This document shows positions 51,678 to 64,000 of a stretch of 64,000 nucleotides of DNA, piece after piece. The position numbers and the translations under genes are program-made. The stretch is from Nageia nagi. Taxonomy: Eukaryota > Plantae > Pinophyta. The notes under the pieces were generated by a model. The model searched no databases and was not told the DNA's origin. It saw only the letters and a program-made list of their open reading frames with translations. The stretch spans positions 167,276,001 through 167,340,000 of the forward strand of contig JBITNC010000001.1 in NCBI GenBank assembly GCA_050084985.1, in the 5' to 3' direction. Position 1 is the first letter of the stretch. Each line of letters starts with the position of its first letter.

Positions 51678-51770
51678 TAAATATTACTAATGTAGGGGGT
51701 TGAAGTGGATCTTGATACACTCCATGTGGGTGCCTTCACACCTCACTTGTCTCCCAACTTCCCTAATAAG
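51678..51770 (-). mobile_element. tRNA-derived SINE-like repeat, copy 2
   Basis: Aligns with 34391-34483 (TGTAGGG..AGTGGA..TCCATGTGG.TGC.TTCACACCTCAC.TGTCTCC.AACT). Confidence 0.55.
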
Positions 51771-54459
51771 AAGGGTGGTTGGGAGATAACTAATGTGTTA
51801 ACCCACATTAAAGTTCTTAACAAGAACTCTTGGTAGGTCCTACAAATCAATTAGATTCAATGCAAAAAATGAAAAAAGTTTCCTTCTCAATATATTTTAC
51901 AACAACTATACCAAGCAATGCCCTCTAATGCATTTTCGTGCAATAATAACTCAAGAAAAGCTATTCTACATGCATAGTCTAAGGGTTACAAATTAAGTTT
52001 TTAAATTTTAGTCTTTAATATGAGTTTTCTAACCTCCATAGCTTAGAGTATAGTCCATATATTCTTCTTAGGGTTTTTATTTTCCATTCCAAGTTCAACC
52101 CCAACATATCTTATCAATATTGAAGTTATTCTTGCAAACATTAATATGAAATTTATAAGATATAATGTATTGAAAAGTTACATATTTCAAAACAACTCAT
52201 AATCCCAAATACTATTTTACAAAATAGAAAGTAACAATGTATTCATATAGAGTTATGTTTCAAAACCCTACTCAAAATTCCAATTTGCAAGTACTTGTAG
52301 ATAATGAAAAATGAATTTGAAATAAATATAAAACAAATTCCAAGTTTCCATAGATTGCTAAAGAACAATAAGTATGGACCAATCCAAATGATGTATCTCT
52401 ATATTCTATGAATTGGGTCAAATCCCAAATGCCAAAATATGCCCAAATCTATCACTTGTATCACCATAATGAATCATCCTTTGAATAAAATTCATGACAA
52501 TCATAATGATGTCATTTACAATGTGGACATACAAGATCAATATCATTGTAAATTATGAAGAATAATAGTATTAAATGAAAGATAATTAAAGATATAATCA
52601 TGATCAAGATTAATAAACCTTTATTAGCATATGATTAGCAAATAATCAGCACAATTATCTTAATATCCTTGATACTTGCATTAATAAATAATATATTTAT
52701 TAAATATAATAAATATGATTTATAAGTATATAAAAATTATTTTTAGGTGTCTATAGTTTGGCCATCTTTATATATGTAATAGTGTGTACTAGAATTACAT
52801 AATCCAAAGAAGAATAAAGATGAAATAAAATATATGATCAAAACTTATGTTTACTTCCCTAAATGATAAATTGCTATAGCATGTGTCTTGCTATGTTGAT
52901 GCTCCCTTAAGGCCCCCTTTTTGTCTTGGTTTCCCCATGATCCATGATGAAATCAAGGGAACCAATACAATTTGTTTTCCTAAAAAATATAAAATTTGCT
53001 TGGGATTGAAGTCATCTAGTCAAGAAAGATGATAACTTGTATCCATAGTGGAACATTTAATGCCTTAAAAGAATAAAAATAGGAGAATCTAGGAGTATAG
53101 CTATTTTTCCATGAAGGGTCATTGATGGTTTTATTTAAATGTTGGATATTTTAATATCCCAAAAGATCCAAAATAGGATATATCAAAGTGAGAAGGACAT
53201 CTACCCTGAGGGTTTGTTGATGTTGTATATCTCCTTCCTTGATAGAATTGATGAATTATCACAAGGCTACCATGATAGTGGATCTTTTGATTTTCCAAAA
53301 GAACCAAAATGGGATATAACTATTGTTATCATGGGAGTTGAATTTCATCAAAAAGAAGTTATTTTCAAGAGTTGTGGATGTCTTATTGGTTGGATGTACT
53401 ATATTTACTTGATGAAATTTTTTTGTCATTCTAAAATGCTTTCTTGTTGCTAAAAATACTAAAAAGAAATACTTGATTCTACCTATTCAGTATATTGACT
53501 ACCATGCTTATGCTAATGCTGAGAAAATGAGCTTCCTATGTTTAAGAAATCAACATCACTAGGAAATTAGTTTTCACAAATGGACCTTTTGACAAATATG
53601 GAGAGCTAGCAAAATTGGTTTTCATCTCCATCTTTGGCCTCATAGTGTAGGTTAAGTTTTTCACCATGAGATTTTTGATTTGTTTACTTTTTTTTTCAAA
53701 ATACGAAGGACTTAGGAATTTAATGTTCCATGCTTTGAATTCAAATTTTGGACATGATTAGTCTACTCCTGTCAATGGTTACTACTCAACTTACTATTCA
53801 CCTACCAACCTTATTACACTTGTAGACATGTTATTAAAGCTCTTAATACTCATTATCTGGCCTCTTTGCAATTCAATCTTCTTCAATAATAGAGACATGG
53901 ATATCCATACCTTCTATCAAATTGTATACATGTTTTTACCTAATTTCCTGAGCAAATTGTGATCCATCAGATTTCTTGGAGTGCTTCTTTCAATATATAT
54001 GTAAGGGATGCATTCCCATTAAAAAAGAGATAAATGTTATTAATGTAATGTTATGCTTCCATTTTGTGCACTGATAATATGAAATATTCATTTTACTTTG
54101 TAACTTTATTTTTTATTCTTTAATGGGTGTTTAACTACTATTTATGACTTCAATTCATTGTGCAAATATCTTGAAGTAGATTTAAGATAATTTCTACTAT
54201 TAATGTTTGTGTTTTAGATATTGGATATCAATTAGATTCATATTTCATGCTTTTATTTTTGAGATATCATGGTTTTTCTTCTTGTTTCTCATCTCGTGTC
54301 TCAAACAATTCTAAATGCTAAAGTCTTTAACTTAGCTTATCAACCTTATGATTTCCCTTGTTAGAATCACATCAAAACCCAATCTCCTTTCTTGTACTCA
54401 CTAAATATTTCATAGCGACCCCTTCTTAACCATTATGAACCCTTAGCTTCAAGATTGAG

Positions 54460-55170
54460 TGTGTTTCAAGCTTCTTGGGTGCTTTCGTCGCTCATCAGGT
54501 GCTTTTTATGCCTTACTGGTCCTTATTCGAACTTGTGTTGATGTCATTGCTCTTGCTTTCCTAGTATTCAATGTATTCCACCTTGCCTTGTACAAGAACT
54601 TGATTGAATCATGTCATCATTATTCACCTAATACTTATTGCTTTTACACCCTTTGATTGCCTTAATAGTACTTTGTAAGCCTTTAGCTGACATCACCTAC
54701 CTTTGTTGTTAGGTGCTTAGTGTATTTCACCTTGCATTAGCTTAGAACTCCTTCAGCTAAAATCATCATATCATAAACCTTATTAATATAAGGCATCACC
54801 TTTCTACACTACTTCCTAGATCCTAGAACTTATCATCTTCGCTAGCACCTGATGTTGTGTTCATTTATCTTCTCTTAGGCCCCTTCATCTCTTTGGTTTA
54901 AGTCACTGCTCTCATCACCCAATACTCAGTGTATTTCACTCTCGCTTCACTTATTATGCCTTTGATCCTCTTTTACTAACATCATCATTATTTAGCATCA
55001 AGAATTATCTTAAAGGGATCCTTCCTTATCTGCACTTATGTCACCATCCAAAACATGTTACATTTATGGTTCCTTGGTTAGATAAGTGATTTTATCTCTT
55101 GGGAAGACTATTTTATCTCTCAGTACTACTCATTATCACTAGAGAACATTCAAATTTAACGTTTGAAGGC
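54460..55170 (+). mobile_element. Highly degraded Gypsy integrase C-terminus/chromodomain remnant
   Basis: FNVFHLALYK (cf. HNVFHVSLLK), SWED, and an LE-like pol end near 55140-55170. Confidence 0.35.
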
Positions 55171-55236
55171 CCATATTAAAGTATTAAGACTTAAAATATT
55201 CAATTTGTATCACAACAATGTGATCTATTAGGTTAA

Positions 55237-58200
55237 ATGGATCCAAAGAATGGAAATTCCTTGCAGTTGCATATCCTTATGTTCAATGGTGAACACTTTG
55301 AGTATTGGAGCATCATAATAAAACTTTTCTCATCTCTCAATACTAGTGCACACTTGTTTCCTAAGGTTATATATAAGTATATGCAACATATTTTATACTA
55401 CTCTTAGTTGATGAGAAAAGGAGCTTTTGAAAACCCATAAGAAGGATGTTAAGGCACAATCTTTCCTAATATTACATAATGCACAATTTTAAAGAATTCT
55501 TAGGATACACTTAAGACTTCCTATAAAGGATCCTCAAAGGTCAAAATAGCTTAATTTTAGACGCTACAAAGAGATTCTAAATCTCTTAAAATATTTAATG
55601 GAGAATCCATTGGGGTATTCATGAAAAAAGTTTAGAATTTGGTTAATGGAATTCATTCACATAATGAACAACTCAATGATACTCGGATCATAGAGAAGGT
55701 GCTCACAAGACTTACTTAGAAGTTCAATCCTATCACCATTTCTATTAAGGAGTCCAAGGACTTGTCTCAGCTCTCCCTAGTTGAGTTTCTTGAAATCTTA
55801 CAAACCTATGAACATAGGATCAAAGATCGATCAAAGGACCTTGATCAAGCATTCCAAGGAAAACTTATAATTAATGAACAACCTTCTAATTCCTCTAGTT
55901 CAGATTCTTCTTCAAGAGATAATGGTATAGGTCACAAAGCTTGAGGTCATGGAAGAGGCAATTGTGGTAGAGGAAGAGGTCAGTCAACTACCTGAAGCTA
56001 AATCTTATCTCCTTGACATTATGACTTCTATGGTAAGGATGGTCACATGGAAGAACAATGTTTCAAGAAGTAGGAATAATAGAATACTAAATTTATTGAA
56101 GAGTATGATGATATAAATATGTTCCTAAATCACAACAACGTTGAAGTTGATGATTGGGAATAAGAGCTTGTTTGTACAATTTGAATTGAATGTCTTTAGA
56201 TAAGTTAAGTTTGGAAGCAACAATGGGGTTGGCATTTCTGTTAGAGGTTTTATTGCTTTTAAATCAAAGATTGGTAAGATCATGCATATGCATGGCACAT
56301 TGTATGTTTTAGGGCTAAAGCATAATCGCCTAAGCATTGGTCAACTATGCTTGAAGAAATACATAATAATATTGAAGAAGAAGAGTTGGACCATTATAAA
56401 TGAGATTAATTGCCAAGTAGTTTCCATTATTCTTATGTTTAAAAATATAATGTACATGCTCAAGATGCAACCAACAATTGTGAAATGCTTGAAGACCACT
56501 TTTAATCTTGCTTGGTTGTGATATAATAGTTTTAGACACCTCAATTTCAACTTGTTATAGGGATTGCAAAAGCTTGTGAGAGGTATGTCGACCTTCTCCA
56601 ATCCCTCATATACCATGTGTGAAAGTAGCATATTTGGGAAACAACACATAGAGAAGCTTTCCACTCATCAAAATCAAGCTTGTAAGCCTTTAGAGTTGGT
56701 GCATGCCGATTATGTAGACCTATGCAGACTCCCAACATGACCAAGTGCAAGTATATGCTTATTTTTTTACTAATGATCATTCTCAAATGAGTTGGTTGTG
56801 CTTGTTGCATGCCAAATTAGATGCTTTTGATTGCTTTATCAAATTCAAAGAACTAGTAGAGAACCAATCTGTATACACCCTCAAGAACTTATTACTGCAT
56901 GGGATGGTGAATTTATTTCAAATCAGTTCAAATATTACTACAACAAATAAGGGATCAAGTGACAATACACAACTATATATATTGCTTAGTAGAATAACCT
57001 AGCAAAAAGGAAGATCTAAATAATTGTTGAGATGGCCCAATGCATGATGAATATAGGCATGGACAATAAGTTATGGGAGGAATCCATTCACACCATTATT
57101 TACATTTTGAGTCACTCCCTAACCAAATCATCCAGGACTCAACCCCATGTAAGGCTTGGTTTGGCAAAAAACCAAATATATCTCACCTGAGGATCTTTGG
57201 ATCTACATGCTATATGTACATTCTTAAGGAGAATAAGAATAAATTAGATGAAAAATACATAAAATGTATCTTTGTAGGATACTCTAATGAGCCCAAAGCC
57301 TATAGATGTTATGATCTAATTTTCGGCAAGCTCCACATTAGCCATGATGCAATCTTCAATGAAGGGGGCACTTATACAAAGAACACAAATGCATTTGATA
57401 TTATTATGGAGTTTGTAAACTCTAATTCTACTAATCCAACTAATCAAATACAACATTCCCACTCTCATCTGCCCAATCCTCTAGTGGCTCCAACTTCTTC
57501 TAAGAGGAGAATTGCATGAGATCATCCATAATCTTAAATGTTGGATAAATATTTTACCATAATAGTGACTCGACAATAATCAAGGAGGGGTGATCTTATC
57601 ATCAACTATTACTTGATATCATCTTCACTCATTGAGCCTTCCATATTCAAATAAGTAGTCGTAAATGATGATTAAAGATTGGCCATGGAAGATGAAAAAA
57701 ATTAGATCCAAAAGAATGAATCTTGGGAGCTTATCCCTGCTCTAAATAAAAAGAATGTCATTAGAGTCAAATGGATCTATAAGCTCAAGCATAATTTTGA
57801 TGACAACATTACCAAGCATAAAGCTTACTTCATAGTAAAGGGCCATATGAAAAAAGAAGGCTTGGATTATGAAGAGACATTTGCTCCAGTTTCTAGACTT
57901 GAGACTGTCATATATCTCATGAATCTAACATCTCATTTTGGTCTTATAGTTTACCAAATGGAGGTAAAATCAACCTACTTGAATGGTGAATTAGAAGAAG
58001 TGTATGTGAATCAACCTAAAGGATTCACCAATATGGGACATAAAGATAAAGTATATAGGCTGAAGAAATATCTTTATGGGCTCAAGCAAGCATCACAAAC
58101 ATGATATTCTCAAATTGATACCTACATACATCAACATGGTTATCAGAGGTGTTCAACGGAAGCTACATTGTACATCAAGGTATTTGGACTTGAATATATC

Positions 58201-58318
58201 ATCATTTATTTTTATACTAATGATATTATCTTCATGAGTACTTCCTCTTCCATGCTACAATAGTTTAAGACTACCATGGTGAATGAGTTTGAGATGAGTA
58301 ATTTGGGTGAAATAAATT
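55237..58318 (+). mobile_element. Decayed Ty1/Copia internal region, truncated within RT; LTRs not resolved
   Basis: MDPK..FNGEHFEYWSI gag start; KDLSQLSLVEFL; LYVLGLKHNRLSIGQL; integrase KCIFVGYSNEPKAYRCY; RT GLDYEETFAPVSRLETV..QMEVKSTYLNG..YGLKQA; ends EFEMSNLGEI. Confidence 0.92.
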
Positions 58319-58499
58319 TTATGAATCAACAATGATAGTATTTTTATAGACAGATAGTAACATTTTTGTTGTTCTTCTTTCCTTACTTTCTATTTTTTAA
58401 ATTTCTTCTAATTATTGATAAATTAAAGATGATCTTAATGTATATACCTTTGTACATTATTGTTATCATTGAGATGCTCTATTAGGATAATGCTATGCA

Positions 58500-59099
58500 T
58501 AGAATTTCTTTAGGTGCGTAAAATTTAAAGGTATTTTATGCTCATATTCATCTATTAATGCTAGCTTATATGCCCATGTGCCTATATTTTCAATCACTAC
58601 ATAAACCCCAAGTTAATTAGGTTCAAACTTTCCTTTCAACTCATCATTTGCAATTGTCTTATTGATGTTCTCCTTGAGTACCAAGTCTCTTCTTTGGAAT
58701 TATTTGTGCTTGGTTTTATTTCCATATGCTCTATTGATTATGTCTTGATTGATTTTCTAGTGCTCTATTGCATAGAGTCTCTTTTCATCTAGACTCTCTA
58801 ACTTTTGTAGCCTTGCTTTTCTTGCTCCTTCATTTGAAACAATTCCTTGGAGAGAGATTCTTAGAGAAGGAATTGTTTGAATTTTCTTCTTTATTTTCTC
58901 ATGCAAATTCTTCAGGTGTTTAGTGAAATCTTCAACATCCACATTCTTCCTTTTAGCTATAGATTTTGCTAATTTTGTTACTCTTTTTTGTGATCTCCCA
59001 TATACAATTTGAAATGGTGAAGCTTTGGTTGATCTATTGACTGAATTATTGTATGCAAATTCAACTTGTGCTATGATAGAATCCCATTATTTTGGACGA
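58500..59099 (-). mobile_element. Fused fragments of two different Gypsy integrase C-termini
   Basis: 58875-59099: WDSIIAQVEFAYNNSVNRSTKASPFQIVYG (chromovirus/CRM-like). 58500-58873: IPSLRISL..RLQKLESLDEKR..KFEPN.LG (Tat/Ogre-like, similar to 43400-43810). Confidence 0.7.
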
Positions 59100-60006
59100 T
59101 GAGTATAACTATCTTCAGCTTACTAGGTTAGTTAGTATGTCTAACTTTAGTGTTCTCTTCTTCTTATCAAAGTTGCTAGGTCGATAATACATTATACGAG
59201 GTCTTTAATTCCTTGTACATTATAATAATCCATATCCTACTTAGTTATTCATCTACAATTGTAATTATTTTCTTCATCCAACTAATCATATGGTTGTAAT
59301 TGTTTTACCTTTCCTACTTAAGAAAGGATTCTTCATTGTTATAGCAAGCAATCAGTTCACTAGCTATTCCATTTTTTGTAGTTCATGTGATTTTCATCAT
59401 CATCTTGAAATCTTAGATGGAATGATGTTTCTCTTTTGCTTCTCATTCCTTTCATGGTACTAGAGTTTTGAAGATTGTTGAAGTTTTTCCTCATAGTCTT
59501 TTGTAGGATTCAACTTTATATGATCTGAGAGCATTGGATCTATGTGTGAGTGAGATCCAATTCACTCTCGGAGTTTATCTCCCTTGAAGACTTTGTGAGG
59601 TTTTCAGTGTTGTGAACATTTTTTGGGATCCTTTTTTATTTGCATTTTTTCTAGCATTTTTTTATCACATTTGACCATCTTACAACCTGCACATTCAGAT
59701 CTGGCCCTGACAACGTATTTGACATTGATGACTTGTTATTAGGTGTCAATTCATTATGATCTATTGTTATTGAGCGATGAAGTTAAACGTGTGAGTTATC
59801 GTTTGACCTTGATGATTTATCCTCTAGAACAAGGTTGAAATTTGACATTTGCCTCTACTCGTCATTTAATTTTCAATGACATTTCTAATATTTTAATGCC
59901 CATCAAAATATACTTAATTTTTTAATATTTTTCTAAATACATTAATTATATAATAAAAATATATCTTATTTGAATTAAATATAAATATTTTTAATTATAC
60001 ATACAT

Positions 60007-60083
<77 letters not shown>

Positions 60084-63000
60084 TAATTTTATAAATAAAT
60101 ATTTAAAAAAATCAATAAATTTATATTTTATTATATATATATTTAGACAGTAATAAAAAATATATACCTTTCATGTGTAACAGGTAAAAAAGAAAAATTA
60201 ACCATGAAAACGTTTAAAAACACTAAAAACATTCAATACGATTTCAAATCTGCTCTATAACCTATTTATCATATACAAATACTTCTACTATTATAGTGTA
60301 CGTTGTGAGTTCGAATCTCAACAACGTACACGATGGATAACTTTTAACGTTATTGAGTTCCCCATCACTTCTACGAATAACGTCTTTTGTTTTCATGCCA
60401 ATCTCACGACGTCTCCACCATGCACATTGGGAATTTCTACTGATCAAAATGTGGCCCCTCAACGATATTTTTTCCAGTCAGATATGACCCTCCACATTGA
60501 GTATCTAGTGATCAATGCCCTCAATCGATAATATCTTTGACTTCGACGGGTGTGCATTGCATGTTTCTAACCTTGCACAAATCTCTGATAGATGCCATTT
60601 TGGGTATTCACTGTTTACTGTGTCTCGTAGTCCATCGCATGGTGTTTGCGGTCTTTCATGCCCTACTGGTTATTCGTGAGGCTTCTCTCCATGGCCCTCA
60701 CAGCTCTGCGTTGTGCGTGGCCTATGGTTGTTATTAATTGCCTAATTTCCACATATGAGTTCATATTTTCATGTGATTTTTTAAGTTGGAAAGATGACTT
60801 TATCCTCTTTGTAATGGAGTTGATCAATTACACTTTTCTGACTTGTAAAATGGTGAATATAAGCTTTTTTGGGGGATTGTGTAGGTGTCTATATAGTACA
60901 CCCTTGTGGGTTGTTTGATTCCTTGTACTTTTTTGTTATTTTTTATGATCTTTGGAAATGAATTCAACTTCTAAATTGAAGCATTCACATCTCACAACTA
61001 TTATATATGGAAGTCACACGATGATACTTCTTGCAAAAAATAGCTTAAATAATTTTTCCACAACATACTTATACTTTCATGATAGATTATGAGATATATG
61101 TATTTACTAAAGTCTTGAATGAGACACTTGGGTTAACTAAATGTAATGTTAGTGAGAGTTCATGGTTTCATTTGTAAAAATGTACTACTCCTTATGATGC
61201 ATGGGACAAGCTCATAAAGTTATTTAGTAAAGTTGATTCAATGAGGGCAATGCAACTTGATTCAAAAACTACCGCTTTATCAACTGATGATCATCCCATT
61301 ATTATTGATTATCTCACTAAATTTAAGGAGCTTTATACTCGGTTGAAAGGTGGTGGTAAATCCAAAATTGAAGATGAATGTGTGTACTTGATTTTGTCAA
61401 AGTTGAAAGATCCCTTTCATATATTTTCTTCCACATTCCTCTCTACTATGGATGCTACTTTTAAAATGCCTAGCTTGGAAGAGTTTTGTGAATGTCTTAC
61501 GAGGATAGAGACCAATATTTCCACTCTTGAGACTTATTCATCTTCTTTGGCTAAGGCATTAACAACATCACAATCTAAAGGTAAATGTAAAGGTAAGACT
61601 AAACCTAAACCTCATGATACTACACCTCTTTCACAGTTAGCTCTTAAGCCCAAGGATTCTAAATCTAATAAGAAAGATTCTTCCAAAAAGAAGGAAAAGT
61701 CTAAAGAGGTGATTTTTGTGGCATAGTTGGTCATCTTGCATCTAAATGTTTCAAGAAGATGCATGCTTTGGAAGATGCCATGAAAAAGCACAAGATTGAT
61801 ATTCCTAAGGATGTTCCAAAGGAGTTTGGTAAGGATTTGAATGTTCATGATTGATCTATACTTCAAAAAGTTGGGTATTAGATTCAAGTGCTACACATAA
61901 TATGAATTCTTCCAAGAAGTCTTTTGCATCTCTTTATTCTAGTTATACTTCTAGTATTGAGGTTCGTGACTCTTCTTGCATTCTATATAAGGGGAAGGGT
62001 GATATTCTACTTGATGGTGATCGCATATCTTATGTGCTCTATGATCCTGATATCACCACGAACTTGCTTTATGTGTATCTCTGGTACTAAGTATACTATT
62101 TTATTTACAGCTCAAGGATTTGAGATTCATAATTTGTTGGAGCCACAATCATTGATTGCTTGGGTTATTATTGATCATTATTTGATACATTATTAGTTTG
62201 AGGGGTTTGATGATACTACTTTAGGTACTAGGTCAATTGCTCATGCATATTCTATGAGAAGACTTTGGCATGAGAGATTTAGGCATCTCAACTACATGTA
62301 TTTGGAACAACTAAACACTCATTATATGGTCACTGATTTGCCTAGGGTTTTTTATCTTGATGTATTTTTTCTTGGTTGTGCCCTCAAAAAACAACACCAA
62401 GATCCATTTCCCAAAGGGAAAGCACATCATGCATCTTCATCATTAAAGCTTGTACACAATGATTTGATGGTATTTTCTCATCTATCTTTCATAGGAGCTT
62501 GGTATGTACTTGCTTTCATTAATGATTTCTCAAGATGTACTTGGGTGTACTTTCTCAAGTACAAGAGTGATGTATTTTCTCACTTCAAAGTCTTTAAGGC
62601 TTTGGTTAAGAATCAAGATTCTAGTTGCATCAAAAAGCTTCACACAGATAATGGGGGAAGTACTTTAATAAAGAAATTTCAGATTTTCTTGAGGCAAATG
62701 GCATTATCCATCAACATTCAATCCCACATACACCACAACAGAATGGTGTAATAAAAAGGAAAAATAGAACTTTGAAGGAGATGGCTAACTACATGAGGCA
62801 CTCTTGGGATTTACCTCCTTTCTTTTAGGTAAAAGCAATTAATTATGCAAACTATATCCATAATTGAACACCACATTAAGCACTTTTATATATGACTCTT
62901 AAATAGGATTGGACTAGAAACAAGTTAGATGTTTCTTTTCTTAGGGTCTTTTATAGTCATGCTTAGGCTTATATTTTGAAGAAACAACATAGGGCTTTAA

Positions 63001-64000
63001 ATAAGAAGTAATCCATTGATATTTGTTGGTTATAGTGAAGACATGAAGGCTTATTGATTACTTGATCTTGACATATATGATATTTTATTTTGCACACATG
63101 TTTAGTTCGATGAACATCTTTTTGATCCTTCTTCTCCTTCCCCTCCTTCTTTGGTTTCTCTTGATTATTCACTTGACACCACTCTTGATGTCTTAAATAT
63201 TGAGGATACTCCTGTTGATCCTCCTAATTTTGTTTCTCCTTCTACTCCTACTGTTACCTTACCTAGGAGGGCTCAGATTACAATTAAGGAGGAAACACCT
63301 TTAATTCAAGATATTCCTTCTTCTTATTGTCATTCTACCGGTACTAGACTTGTTGGTCACATAGTTTTAGGTGATCCATAAAAATTTTTAGAGGCTCATG
63401 GGATACCAAAATGGTATGATGCTATGGAAAGAGAGTATTCTTCTTTGATGAAGAATCAACATTGGGATCTTGTTTCTCTTCCTAAGGAGAGGAAGTTGGT
63501 TAATTGTAAATGGATTTTATGAACCAAGTATGCAACAAATGGCTCTATTGAAAAGAATAAAGATCATCTTATTACTAAGAGGTCTTCATACATTGAAGGT
63601 ATTGGTTACTCCAAGACCTTTTCTCTTGTAGCTAAGATGGATTTTGTTTGCCTTATACTAGCTCTTGCTACATCATAGATATGGTCTATTTTTCATATAG
63701 ATTTGAAGAGTGCTTTCTTACACAAAGATTTATATGGTGCATCCTGATGGAATTATCTAGAATTATTCACTTGTTTGTTACATTAGTAAGTCTCTCTATG
63801 GCCTCAAACAAGCACCCAAATCATGGTATGAAAAGATAAATTATTTTCTACTCTATTGATTTTTTGCAGTATCAATATGACCCTACATTTTATATTCGGT
63901 GTGAGAGAGAAGACATCATAATTATTATTTTATATGTTGATGATATACTTCTCATTGGTAGCTCATTTTCCCACATCTAGTCTATTTAATAGTCTCTTTG
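59100..64000 (+). mobile_element. Decayed Ty1/Copia element (putative 5' LTR 59100-59454, PBS, ~1.5 kb leader, gag-PR-INT-RT running off the right edge)
   Basis: TG at 59100 exactly where the Gypsy integrase is cut; ...TTCA then PBS-like TGGTACTAGAG (59455-59465). gag from ~60958; WVLDSSATHNM (PR); LWHERFRHLN..CIKKLHTDNGG (INT); RT YGLKQAPKSW and LYVDDILLIG near 63930. Confidence 0.9.
60011..60076. repeat. (AT)33 microsatellite inside the Copia leader
   Basis: Directly visible. Confidence 0.99.

Noticed and set aside
51400-53900. Another LTR/Gypsy remnant (TTTTAGGTGTCTATA at ~52741-52755 resembles the TGTAGACAC terminus; a similar word occurs at ~23426-23440)
   Set aside because: Too degraded to define the other end, a TSD or coding motifs, so not reported as a feature
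54479-54502. Minimal hammerhead ribozyme core on the minus strand (CTGATGA-GCGAC-GAAA)
   Set aside because: Stem III is only ~3 bp, and no complementary stem I strand follows the putative cleavage triplet. It sits in a decayed Gypsy remnant and is likely chance.

Overview
AT-rich, CpG-depleted plant nuclear DNA. The giant TE-filled intron and old decayed LTR elements suggest a large-genome plant such as a gymnosperm (inference). There is one host gene: an intact three-exon Mediator subunit 30 (MED30) on the + strand (exons 7509-7775, 8619-8717, 33984-34079; 153 aa). Its second intron is 25,266 bp and is built from nested transposons: two hAT DNA transposons (one complete, with a perfect 8-bp TSD), three related 3-4 kb solo LTRs with TSDs, a small solo LTR, and older Gypsy and unclassified remnants. 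The flanks contain three decayed Ty1/Copia elements, one full-length decayed Tat/Ogre-type Ty3/Gypsy element (G-patch, second RNase H), another solo LTR, tRNA-derived SINE-like remnants and microsatellites. The most unusual object is solo LTR-C (19379-22469). It carries an array of 8 palindromic ~45-bp units with divergent spacers, a TATA/Inr core promoter, and directly downstream an ATG-initiated 140-aa (possibly ancestral 172-aa) ORF of unknown family, all inside the LTR. A second LTR (3747-5697) carries a ~56-bp tandem array whose hairpin arms co-vary. Coordinates were read by eye; boundaries of old remnants are approximate.
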